Below are positions 17,604 to 26,802 of a stretch of DNA of 64,000 bases, one piece after another. The stretch is taken from positions 248,001-312,000 of the IMG/VR virus record IMGVR_UViG_3300023174_002543; one strand, written 5' to 3'. The position numbers and the translations under genes are program-made. The stretch's first letter is position 1. Every line of letters starts with the position of its first letter. The notes beneath the pieces were generated by a model. It was not told the DNA's origin. It did not search any database and saw nothing but the letters and a program-made list of their open reading frames with translations.

Positions 17604-19349
17604 TTATGGTTGTAGTGTCGGTGGCGTTCCGTCACGTTTTATTTTGCTACCTAATTTCTTAGCATTTTGTTGCATTGTGTATGGTGTAATATCTACTGTT
17701 AATGCAGTTTTAAATCTAGGGTCGTTACGTTCTTTTTCACTTGGTATATATCCTGACGCTTCCTTCATTAGATTCTTAGCATCACTTTTTTTAATTAGTT
17801 TTCCCCAACCGTCAGGATAAAGATTGAGGTTATCTTTACCCCAACCACGCCACATCTTTTTTCCTAATTTTGTTTGATTTAATTCACCTTCATTGTCAGT
17901 GCTTTTCTTAATATCATTACCCAACATTTTAGCATAAGCATATATTTGATATGCAATATTCTGTCCTCTATAATCTGGTTCTACTCTAGTCATATCGCTT
18001 TCTAGCCAATGTTCGCCATTTTTATCTCTATGAGCAATAAAGTTTGTGTATGCTATAGGATTTTTTGTACTATTATATGGATCAAATACCTCAATAGTTA
18101 ATCCGGGACTGTCTTCACCCCAATCATATCCCTTGCTTGTATATGTATTTGCTCCTTCAGTGCCAGTCGCTATATAAATATACCTGCCAAACTTCATTTT
18201 ATGTTTGAAATTAGGATTTAATGTGTTTGTATCTACAGCCTCATTGATATTTTCTTTCATTAGATGTTTAGCGTCTTTGCCCCATTTCTTCCACATTTTG
18301 TTACCCGCAACGGTCTGATACTTACTAGGTCTAACAGAAAATCCTAAACTCTTGGCAACTGCATACATCATAGCGGCAATTCCCTTACCTTGATGACTAT
18401 CATCTACCATTGTGTCATCACTTTCTAACCAACTATCATTCTCGTCCTGGTGAAGAACTAATTCTGCGGTACCTACTATTTGTTCATTTTTTGGTAATTT
18501 GGGATCATACGCAGTAATAAACATACCCGGAATATAATCAAAACCATTTAATGTATTTTGTACTCTGAATACATAACCGCCAAACTTAACTACTTTAGAA
18601 AGTGCCTTAGGTTCATAAAGAAAGTCTTTATTTACTGATTCAGGTAAACTTAGTTTCTTATCGTGTAATGTCTGTAGTTTTTCATATAATCTTTTAATAA
18701 TACCCTTGCTACGTAGTATTTTAAATGCTAGATTTTCTGGACTAAATTCTCCGCCCTCATCTAATCCTGCTTGACGATATTTCTTTATTGTTTTAAGTAC
18801 ATATTTAATCTTGTGTGAATCACTACTACGCATAGCGTATTCAGCCAATTTATATAATTTACGATATTTATTCTTTGTAGCAACTTGACTTATATGTGCT
18901 TTTCGCTTTCTTGGCAATTTAATCCAACTATCACGTAATATGCTATATTCACCTAAACTAATTACGGGTTCGTTACTATCTTGTACATATAATTCTACGT
19001 CAATTCCACCAATTGTTATGCTATGTGTATCATTATATATTGTCTTTTTAGCATCAAAGAATTCACGGTAAACTGGATCATTATTAAATTTACTCATATC
19101 TACTAATATATGTAAATCAATATCACTATGCTTTGTATAACTATATGCCGCATTACTTCCGCTTAATGTAATATCTTGTACTTCTATGTCATTAATTCCT
19201 AAATGATCCACAAAATCCTGTGCAATTAATAATAATTGGTCATGGACTTGAGGCTTTAATCTATCCCCATTGAACAACTCCGGGTTTAATTCTTCGTGGA
19301 AATGTATAGCGTCTAATAGGCTAAAACTGTCAAATTCTAATAGGTTCAT
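17604..19349 (-). CDS. pol-beta-family nucleotidyltransferase fused to two GNAT-like acetyltransferase domains
   Basis: SGSNAAYSY..SDIDLHILVD...VELYVQD; GNAT motif A twice (VDDSHQGKGIA, VEPDYRGQNIA); junctions LPES, INEA, MKEA. Confidence 0.75.
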   Translation of the reverse strand: MNLLEFDSFSLLDAIHFHEELNPELFNGDRLKPQVHDQLLLIAQDFVDHLGINDIEVQDITLSGSNAAYSYTKHSDIDLHILVDMSKFNNDPVYREFFDAKKTIYNDTHSITIGGIDVELYVQDSNEPVISLGEYSILRDSWIKLPRKRKAHISQVATKNKYRKLYKLAEYAMRSSDSHKIKYVLKTIKKYRQAGLDEGGEFSPENLAFKILRSKGIIKRLYEKLQTLHDKKLSLPESVNKDFLYEPKALSKVVKFGGYVFRVQNTLNGFDYIPGMFITAYDPKLPKNEQIVGTAELVLHQDENDSWLESDDTMVDDSHQGKGIAAMMYAVAKSLGFSVRPSKYQTVAGNKMWKKWGKDAKHLMKENINEAVDTNTLNPNFKHKMKFGRYIYIATGTEGANTYTSKGYDWGEDSPGLTIEVFDPYNSTKNPIAYTNFIAHRDKNGEHWLESDMTRVEPDYRGQNIAYQIYAYAKMLGNDIKKSTDNEGELNQTKLGKKMWRGWGKDNLNLYPDGWGKLIKKSDAKNLMKEASGYIPSEKERNDPRFKTALTVDITPYTMQQNAKKLGSKIKRDGTPPTLQP

Positions 19350-19362
19350 ATATGTATTTATG

Positions 19363-19391
19363 AAAAAAGGCTGTCAAATGACAGCCCTTTT
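19363..19391 (-). terminator. intrinsic terminator
   Basis: GGCTGTC-N4-GACAGCC hairpin flanked by A/T runs on both sides; late promoter CATAAATA (19362-19355) follows immediately. Confidence 0.85.
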
Positions 19392-19409
19392 AGTTAGTAT
19401 TAAGTAAAA

Positions 19410-20357
19410 TTACTTCTTACTTGCTCTTGCTTTTTTTGCAGATGCGGGTGCTTCTTCAGTTTGAACTGTAGTGGCGGTTGCAGTTTGTTGTTCCTGTTGT
19501 TTCTTTTGAACTTCAGCAACATACATAGGTCCAATAGTCTCTAATAGATGATTCTGATTTTCCATACAGAATACATAAGAACCACTGTGACGTAACAATA
19601 CACGTTTGTCAACATATACTTTACCACCGATATCACGCCAGTTTTCACAGAATGTCCAGTCTTCTGAATAGTAACGGCCTTGACGAACTGCTGTGTCAAA
19701 ATATGTCTTCAAATGCTTGTCATACTTTGGATCTAGTCCGATATCATTCTTGTATGGCTTAACAGCTGGGTGACTGTTTAGTTTCTCAAATACATGACGC
19801 TTCATTAACAAGAATCCTGTACCTGCTTTACTAACTTCTTGGAATCCATCTGGTCCTTCTTCAGCACCTTCAAATCCATTAACTACCCACTTGATGGGCA
19901 TAGTCTTCATTGGGTATAGTCCACCAATAACATCAACGTCACGGTTCAATAATACTAACAAGTGCCATGGCTCCCAACCAATATCAGCGTCAACAAAGAA
20001 TAAATGTGTTGCACCTTCTTGTTCTAGGAACTTAGCAGTTAGTGTATTACGGGCACGTGAAATCAATGATTCATTTACCATTGTTTCTAATGTCCAGTCA
20101 ATACCAAGTTGACGGGCTGTGTTTGCCCACTTAATAAATGACATGAATGTAGATTCAGTCAACATTCCACCGTAGCATGGCATTGCTATGTGGACCTTTG
20201 TTGTACGTAAGAAGTCTACGTTAACTTGAACTTGCCCTGCTGCAGGTGCTTGTTCTTTGTTTTCTGCTGATTCAGCGGCTGCTTGTTCAGCAATTTCTTC
20301 TACCTTTTCAACGGGTACTGTTGCTTCGGTTTGTGCTTTGGTTTTCTTTGTTGCCAT
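19410..20357 (-). CDS. GT-A fold glycosyltransferase-like protein
   Basis: HIAMPCYGG, ESLISRARN, LFFVDADIGW (DxD), GTGFLLMKR, SEDWTFC. Confidence 0.75.
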   Translation of the reverse strand: MATKKTKAQTEATVPVEKVEEIAEQAAAESAENKEQAPAAGQVQVNVDFLRTTKVHIAMPCYGGMLTESTFMSFIKWANTARQLGIDWTLETMVNESLISRARNTLTAKFLEQEGATHLFFVDADIGWEPWHLLVLLNRDVDVIGGLYPMKTMPIKWVVNGFEGAEEGPDGFQEVSKAGTGFLLMKRHVFEKLNSHPAVKPYKNDIGLDPKYDKHLKTYFDTAVRQGRYYSEDWTFCENWRDIGGKVYVDKRVLLRHSGSYVFCMENQNHLLETIGPMYVAEVQKKQQEQQTATATTVQTEEAPASAKKARASKK

Positions 20358-20407
20358 AATTTCCTCTTAAAAGATAATAATATTTACTATCTTTCTAGGG
20401 GGTCAAA

Positions 20408-22417
20408 TTATTTTTCTTCTAAATAATCGCTAGAATCTTCGTTGGTTTGGTGAACCTCAAGCGGCTTAACTATGATAGCCCTCATTATGCTTTGTATAGA
20501 GAATTTCTTCCCGGTGGTATCACGTAAATACAAATATGCTACGATTGCATACTTCTTTATATTTTCATCTGTATAATCTACAGGTTCTTTAGTTAGTAAT
20601 ATAGGCTTTTGTTTATAAACTAATACTAAATTTACTTTAGACCCGGCATAGATAATTCTATTCTCAATTATTCCTGTGCTACGGCGAACTTCAAAATGAA
20701 AGTCTGAATCACCTGGATGATATTCTTTAATGAACTTCTCAAAATATTGTCTTGCTAATTCAGGAGAATTGGCTTCAAATCTATCAATTATCCTACTAGG
20801 ATTTTCAACATCGTATATTTCATAATTCTTGTTTAAGCGTTCACGTGCTTGACTCATACGGTCTAGTCTATTACTAACATGACGGTCTGCTTTACCCAGA
20901 TAACTTTGTAATGTTTCGTCACTAATTTCGTTAATACCTTCACTTTGTCTTGTAACTGTAGCAATAGTTGGACCAGTTGTAGTAGGTTTAATTGGGGCAG
21001 TATTAAGTGGTTGTTGTGTTTTGAAAAAGTCACGCATATCGCTCGTTTGACCTTCATCTACTATTAAGTCTTCATGTGGCCATGATATGTAACTTTTACC
21101 GTTAACATCACCGGCACGTACTACAAATACACCACCGTCATCATATCCTTCATCTTCACCAATTTCCCAACCCATTGATGCTAATGTGCGTTCAGCACGA
21201 ATCATATCTTGTTCGTTACCAAGCCACCATTGTTTTGCTAATCTAAACAATATTTCTTCTTCGTCTGGTCCACTGTCATCTCCACCGGGTGATGCAAATT
21301 CATCTACTACTTTTTTACCGGTTATTGGATCTAGTTTTGTCTTGCTAACATATTCTTCTGGGCCATGATATATTTTTTGTTTTTTTGTTTCGGGTTTATT
21401 AAAATATGAGTGATAGTCATTAGGACTAGTTTCTTTATTCTTTAATGGTTCTTTGGGCTTATTTATATTGAAGAAACTAATTTCATCTACTTTTTTAAAT
21501 TCTTCTCTATATAACTCAACTAATTCTGCACTAGTTAATAATTCTAAATCACTTAAATCATATTTTCCAGTATCCAATAACTTCATTAATAATTTTGATC
21601 TTTGGTGCCCGTCAAGAAATTCTTTACCTACTATTTGGCCCAATGATTCTTTCATTAATTTAAGAAATTTATATTTCTGTACCGGATTTGCTTCTTTCAA
21701 TAATGGACGAATACGTTGTATTTGTTCACTTAATTTTTTTGCTTTTAATTTATCAATTGCACTAGACTTAGGTTTGACAACTGTATCATTAGTTTTTGGT
21801 GCAAGTGATTGTGCGTCAGTAGCTCCGATATATTTGTCTAATACTTTTCTAATCATTAATTCATTAGGGCTATTAGGATACATATCCTTAACAATACGAT
21901 TACGCATTTCATTATCAGCACTTGCATACATATTACGTACTTGCGTTCCGCTATATACAGTCTGACCGGCTAAATTAAATTCTTCTTTTTGTGTGACAAA
22001 TACATAACCATGTCCACCTGCTTGACCATTAAATGGCTTGCATTTATTAATATTAACGAATGGTTGATAATATCCGGGCGTACCGTCTTTTCTATTATAT
22101 GCTACTGGATCACGTTCACTGCGGACTAATATGAATATATCCTGGTCTGGATTATATTGGCTTAATATTTCTACAGGATTTAATGGACTTTTAACTGCTA
22201 CATTACGGAAATCTTGTTCGCTAACACCTGCTTGTTTAGCTAACCATTGTTTTTCTTTAAAAGGAATAGGACGTGTATTAGTATTATCGCTGGCAGTTAC
22301 ATAAAATTCAGTGTTGGGGAACTTCCCAAACTTCTCTTTGGCTTGTATATAACTACTAAAGTGACCAGCGTGAAAAGGCTGAAATCCACCACCATAAACA
22401 ACAACTATTTTGCCCAT
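20408..22417 (-). CDS. HxGH cytidylyltransferase-like domain plus C-terminal module array
   Basis: VYGGGFQPFHAGH...SGTQVR; later junction-like sites VDEI, VDEF, VDEG, INEI, IIEN, TNED. Confidence 0.7.
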   Translation of the reverse strand: MGKIVVVYGGGFQPFHAGHFSSYIQAKEKFGKFPNTEFYVTASDNTNTRPIPFKEKQWLAKQAGVSEQDFRNVAVKSPLNPVEILSQYNPDQDIFILVRSERDPVAYNRKDGTPGYYQPFVNINKCKPFNGQAGGHGYVFVTQKEEFNLAGQTVYSGTQVRNMYASADNEMRNRIVKDMYPNSPNELMIRKVLDKYIGATDAQSLAPKTNDTVVKPKSSAIDKLKAKKLSEQIQRIRPLLKEANPVQKYKFLKLMKESLGQIVGKEFLDGHQRSKLLMKLLDTGKYDLSDLELLTSAELVELYREEFKKVDEISFFNINKPKEPLKNKETSPNDYHSYFNKPETKKQKIYHGPEEYVSKTKLDPITGKKVVDEFASPGGDDSGPDEEEILFRLAKQWWLGNEQDMIRAERTLASMGWEIGEDEGYDDGGVFVVRAGDVNGKSYISWPHEDLIVDEGQTSDMRDFFKTQQPLNTAPIKPTTTGPTIATVTRQSEGINEISDETLQSYLGKADRHVSNRLDRMSQARERLNKNYEIYDVENPSRIIDRFEANSPELARQYFEKFIKEYHPGDSDFHFEVRRSTGIIENRIIYAGSKVNLVLVYKQKPILLTKEPVDYTDENIKKYAIVAYLYLRDTTGKKFSIQSIMRAIIVKPLEVHQTNEDSSDYLEEK

Positions 22418-22420
22418 TTT

Positions 22421-22768
22421 TTAATAACTAACCTTAACATGTTCTATTGTACCACTAGTGAAGTCATCAAGTGCAATACGTATCCAAGTAAAGTTACCTA
22501 TAATATTAATAAATGTGTTGACTGTCTCACCGGCTTGAGCATTATACACTGCATTATATGTATTAACCCAATGACGGTCATCAGTAGGATTATCTACAAT
22601 ACTGGTTTGAATTATGATAGTCCCTCTAAATTGAGAAATAGACCAGGTTACTGTCTGCATATCTTGACCGCTTACATAATAACTGGCTGCTGGAAATGTA
22701 TTTCCAGTAGTTGGTGCGTTACTATAAACAGTCTGTGGTAACAATATTAATGTAGTAGCTTGTGACAT
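22421..22768 (-). CDS. small beta-sandwich putative virion protein
   Basis: 115-aa beta-rich ORF (FRGTIIIQTS...GNFTWIR), coupled to the upstream ORF. Confidence 0.6.
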   Translation of the reverse strand: MSQATTLILLPQTVYSNAPTTGNTFPAASYYVSGQDMQTVTWSISQFRGTIIIQTSIVDNPTDDRHWVNTYNAVYNAQAGETVNTFINIIGNFTWIRIALDDFTSGTIEHVKVSY

Positions 22769-22932
22769 TAGGCTTTTTCCACTTCTACTACAACACTATC
22801 ACCGGCTAATTCTTGGGCTACTTGTTCAAGGGCCGCTTGTATATCAGGATTAGCAATACCAGAAACGGTATCATTATCCTTAACAATTTTGCTAAATTTG
22901 ATGATTACTACATCTTCTACAATCTTTGCCAT
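22768..22932 (-). CDS. 54-aa hypothetical protein MAKIVEDVVIIKFSKIVKD...VVVEVEKA
   Basis: Below the ORF-track cutoff; SD GGAG, late promoter GATAAATA at 22962-22955, stop overlaps the next ATG. Confidence 0.75.
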   Translation of the reverse strand: MAKIVEDVVIIKFSKIVKDNDTVSGIANPDIQAALEQVAQELAGDSVVVEVEKA

Positions 22933-22934
22933 GA

Positions 22935-22962
22935 AAATACTCCATATAATAGAGTATTTATC
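22935..22962 (-). promoter_or_regulatory. late promoter embedded in an RBS-masking hairpin
   Basis: Minus strand GATAAATACTCTAT-TAT-ATGGAGTATTT-TC-ATG: 11-bp stem (one G-U pair) covers GGAG. Confidence 0.7.
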
Positions 22963-22965
22963 ATT

Positions 22966-23682
22966 TTAGACAGGGTCTGGGCGTTTTTCTAGTTTGTATG
23001 ATTTAGAAATAATACCAGAGAACATGAGGGAAAACAATGTAAGTGTGCTTTCATCATCGTAATCTATGAAGTAATTACTACTGGTATAGGACTTGTTCCA
23101 GTGATAGGACCAGCTTCCCCTAACATAATTACTGTCATCTTTTAGCCAATGAGCCAATGATCCACTAGGAATTATAACCGTATCAGTATCTTTATATCTT
23201 TCAATAAAGTTCTGCAATTTAGTTCGGAAATCGTCATTAACTCGTTTGCTTTTTAGATATATTCTGTACTTATGTTTAGGTTCTCTAACAAAGTATTTTA
23301 CACCGGATATAATCGTATCATCTACTTCGGTGTAATCTACATGACACCCTATATTTTCTAGTGTTTTTAGTAAATCTAAATCGTTAGAAAATACACTAGC
23401 AACTTCACCCTCAATACGTACTGTTGCAGTTTTATTTTTCTTAGTAGCTATTTTCCAAGTATAAAAGTCCATTATATGTTTACTGTTTGCGCCAGAAAAT
23501 CTAGTAGGGAACTTTTTAATCTTTTCAACAATCTCATCGATAGTGTAATTAAACCATGCCAGTGTTACACCTCTGCAATGAAATCTTGCACGATACTTGA
23601 ATTTGTTGTAATAGAGTGAAGCACGTTGGTCAATAAACTCTATGCCGTCAATTCTTTTAGTTGGTAACTGTGATAATGCCAT
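22966..23682 (-). CDS. hypothetical protein (internally duplicated: KFKYRARF / KHKYRIYL)
   Basis: 238-aa ORF downstream of clpA. Confidence 0.65.
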   Translation of the reverse strand: MALSQLPTKRIDGIEFIDQRASLYYNKFKYRARFHCRGVTLAWFNYTIDEIVEKIKKFPTRFSGANSKHIMDFYTWKIATKKNKTATVRIEGEVASVFSNDLDLLKTLENIGCHVDYTEVDDTIISGVKYFVREPKHKYRIYLKSKRVNDDFRTKLQNFIERYKDTDTVIIPSGSLAHWLKDDSNYVRGSWSYHWNKSYTSSNYFIDYDDESTLTLFSLMFSGIISKSYKLEKRPDPV

Positions 23683-25942
23683 CTGGTCCTACGTTTACTG
23701 CTGAGGGTAGTAATCTTTGTTGGATATCAAATACAATCTTGTTTTCAATATCAATATGAACATTGATTGTAGCATGTTTAATTCGTTCAAACAAGATTTT
23801 TTTACTTAGAGGTACCCGAATCAATTCGTCAATCTTACGACCTAGAGGACGAGCACCCATCTTCTTATCATATCCCTTTTCTGCTAGATAATCAACAACT
23901 GGCTCACTTAGATTCAATGTGATATCATGTGTATCACGCAATGACTTCTTCAACTCATCCGTAAATTTAATAACAATCTTTTTAATTGCCAATGTGTCTA
24001 GTTTGTTGAACTTGGTAATCAAATCAATACGATTTCTAAACTCTGGTTTAAAGAACTCTTTCAATGCTTTGTCATCTTCGCCCGACTTTTCTTGACTACC
24101 GAAACCAATTTGATTTCTATCATTATCAGTAGCACCCAAGTTACTTGTCATAATGACAATACAATTTTTAGCATTAACAACTTTTCCATTACTACCAGTT
24201 ACTTTGCCTTCATCCAATAATTGCAAGAAGATATTAAAGATATCTGGGTGAGCCTTTTCAACCTCATCAAACAATAAGATACAATGTGGATTCTTGCTTA
24301 AATCATTAATCAATCGTCCTCCACCTAATTGACCTTCACCGAAGCCAACATATCCTGGAGGCGGACCTAGTAATGCTGACACAGTAAATTTCTCACTATA
24401 TTCTGACATATCATACTTGATTAATGGCATTTCTAGGTTAGTACTTAACAAACGTGCTAGTTCGGTTTTACCTGTACCAGTTGGACCCAAGAATAAGAAA
24501 CTACTCATTGGCTTAGTTGGATTACCGATACCAGCAAAACTTACATATACACGTTCAAGTACTTTATCTACAGTTTCATCTTGACCATATAGTTTGTCTT
24601 TGATATTACTCTCTAGTCCAACAACTAAACTTGCTTTATCATCGTTTAGTTTATCAGCAGTAACACCCGTCATACGTTCTATTTGTTCATAGATGTTTTC
24701 TTTTATAATGATTGCTTGGTCATTTTCTAACACACGTTGTTTAGCACAAGCCGCATCTAGTAAATCAATAGATTTATCTGGATTTTTACGGTCATGCATA
24801 TATCGTGTTGCACCATCTACACTAGCCTTAATAGCCTCGTCTGTAATAATAACATTATGAAACTGATTAAGTCTATCTGTTAGTCCTGCTAAGATTTTTA
24901 TTGTACTATCATAACTTGGTTCATCTACGCTTACACGATAGAACCTACGCATTAATGCACGGTCCTTCTCAAAACTCTCATAGTACTCTTCCCAGGTTGT
25001 ACTGGCAATAACTTTTAGTTTACCCTTAGTAATAGCGGGTTTAATCATGTTTGCAAAGTCAACACTACCACCACTAGCATTACCTGCACCTTGCATAGTA
25101 TGTGCTTCGTCAATAAAAAGAATTGCTTTCTTTTTAGTAGCAAGTGCTTCCAATACTGATTTGACCTTTTCCTCAAAGTCACCCCGATATTTACTACCGG
25201 CTAATAGATTACTAACTTCTAAACTATAAACCTCATGTCCCTTCAAGAACTCCGGTACAACTTTATCGTATATCTTTTGTGCAAGACCTTCTGCAATTGC
25301 AGTTTTACCAACGCCCGGATCACCCACCATCAATACATTACTCTTAAACTTTTTAGCAAGAACGTTGACAATATCATCAACTTCTTTTTCACGACCAATC
25401 ATTGGTTCGATTTTGCCCTGTTCAGCCAATTTAGTTAAGTTAATAGTGTATTCTTCTAATACATCATCTGCTTGACTATCAGACATTTTATTAGAAGTTT
25501 CTTGACCTTTATAATGACGTTGCCAGAATGGAACAAATTCATTCTTATTAATTCCATATTTTAGCAAGTAATAATGGGCATGGCTATTGGTTTCTGAACT
25601 GATACTTAAATATAAATCTACTGTAGTTACTACTTTACGACCAGTAAACAATACTTGCGTAACACTACGATTCATTACACGTTCTAAACTATTAGTTTTT
25701 CTCGGCGTAACTTCTTGACCTTGCTCAACAGGAACAACAATAGCCTTTAGCCCATCTAAATAGGCATTGACTTCCATTGTCATTGTATCGCTATCAACTC
25801 CGAAATCGTCCAAACATTTTTTAAATGGTGCATATGTAATTAATGCTAATAGTAAATGTTCAACAGTGCAATATTGATGGTTGCGTTGTTTGGCTGAACT
25901 TACTGCTTGTTCAATGATTGTATCAATTTCTGGTGAGTGCAT
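23657..25942 (-). CDS. clpA: ClpA-like AAA+ chaperone
   Basis: Clp-N (TVEHLLLAL), GDPGVGKT, LFIDEAH, GPTGTGKT, LFDEVEKAHP, IGF ClpP-docking loop, GARPL; no ClpB middle domain. Confidence 0.93.
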   Translation of the reverse strand: MHSPEIDTIIEQAVSSAKQRNHQYCTVEHLLLALITYAPFKKCLDDFGVDSDTMTMEVNAYLDGLKAIVVPVEQGQEVTPRKTNSLERVMNRSVTQVLFTGRKVVTTVDLYLSISSETNSHAHYYLLKYGINKNEFVPFWQRHYKGQETSNKMSDSQADDVLEEYTINLTKLAEQGKIEPMIGREKEVDDIVNVLAKKFKSNVLMVGDPGVGKTAIAEGLAQKIYDKVVPEFLKGHEVYSLEVSNLLAGSKYRGDFEEKVKSVLEALATKKKAILFIDEAHTMQGAGNASGGSVDFANMIKPAITKGKLKVIASTTWEEYYESFEKDRALMRRFYRVSVDEPSYDSTIKILAGLTDRLNQFHNVIITDEAIKASVDGATRYMHDRKNPDKSIDLLDAACAKQRVLENDQAIIIKENIYEQIERMTGVTADKLNDDKASLVVGLESNIKDKLYGQDETVDKVLERVYVSFAGIGNPTKPMSSFLFLGPTGTGKTELARLLSTNLEMPLIKYDMSEYSEKFTVSALLGPPPGYVGFGEGQLGGGRLINDLSKNPHCILLFDEVEKAHPDIFNIFLQLLDEGKVTGSNGKVVNAKNCIVIMTSNLGATDNDRNQIGFGSQEKSGEDDKALKEFFKPEFRNRIDLITKFNKLDTLAIKKIVIKFTDELKKSLRDTHDITLNLSEPVVDYLAEKGYDKKMGARPLGRKIDELIRVPLSKKILFERIKHATINVHIDIENKIVFDIQQRLLPSAVNVGPDGIITVTN

Positions 25943-25950
25943 ATTGCCCT

Positions 25951-26757
25951 TTATTTGTTAGATGCTTTGATAGCATCAATGATTGTTTTGTCTATTATAT
26001 CAGGCATATAGGGTTTAAGTAAAATCAATTGGTCACCATAACCATGTTGCTTTGGTAAACCCTCTCCCACAATACGTAAAGTACTATTAGGTCCTGTTTG
26101 GGGTCTTACACTAACATCCAATGACTTTCCACTTATAGTAGTGAATTTGAAACTTGAACCGACAATTAAGTCTAAGATGCTAACGTTCTGTTCAGCTACT
26201 AAATCAAACCCGTTACGTTGAAATTTCTGATGAGGTAATACTCTAAAATCAACAAACAATATTGCATCTTTAAGTAGATTATCATACTTTAAAGTAGCTC
26301 CATTCTCAATGCCTTTTGGAATCTGAATTTTTACAGTCGTATTATTTCCCTGGTCATTGAATTGCAATGTTTGTTCATCACCGTTATATACTTGTTCTAA
26401 TGTTACTGCTACAGTAGTTCTGTACTGCTGTTTTTGTGGTTGCCTATGTCCAAAGGGATTACCTCCGAACATTTGTCCAAACACATCATTCATGTCGAAT
26501 GTCTGTTGCTGAAAGTGGAAATTAAACGGTGAGCCACCGGGGTGACCAAAGTTCATACCACCAAATGGATTTGGATTATCAAACTGTTGTTTCTTTTGCG
26601 GATCGCTTAGTGTTTCATAAGCCTCTTGAATTTTTTGAAATGTAGCAGTATCACCACCTTTGTCTGGGTGGTGTTGTCCTGCTAATTTTCTATATGCTTT
26701 TTTGATTTCATCGGGAGAAGCATTACGATTAACCCCAAGTGTTTTATAGTAGTCCAT
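25951..26757 (-). CDS. dnaJ: DnaJ/CbpA-type co-chaperone (class B, no Zn finger)
   Basis: MDYYKTLGV...HHPDKGGD J-domain, G/F region, C-terminal substrate domain. Confidence 0.92.
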   Translation of the reverse strand: MDYYKTLGVNRNASPDEIKKAYRKLAGQHHPDKGGDTATFQKIQEAYETLSDPQKKQQFDNPNPFGGMNFGHPGGSPFNFHFQQQTFDMNDVFGQMFGGNPFGHRQPQKQQYRTTVAVTLEQVYNGDEQTLQFNDQGNNTTVKIQIPKGIENGATLKYDNLLKDAILFVDFRVLPHQKFQRNGFDLVAEQNVSILDLIVGSSFKFTTISGKSLDVSVRPQTGPNSTLRIVGEGLPKQHGYGDQLILLKPYMPDIIDKTIIDAIKASNK

Positions 26758-26767
26758 AATATTATTG

Positions 26768-26796
26768 ATTATAACAAATTAGTTGTTATCTGTCAA
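26768..26796 (-). promoter_or_regulatory. consensus sigma70 promoter TTGACA-N17-TATAAT for dnaJ-clpA
   Basis: -35 at 26796-26791, -10 at 26773-26768. Confidence 0.88.
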
Positions 26797-26802
26797 TATT
26801 TA

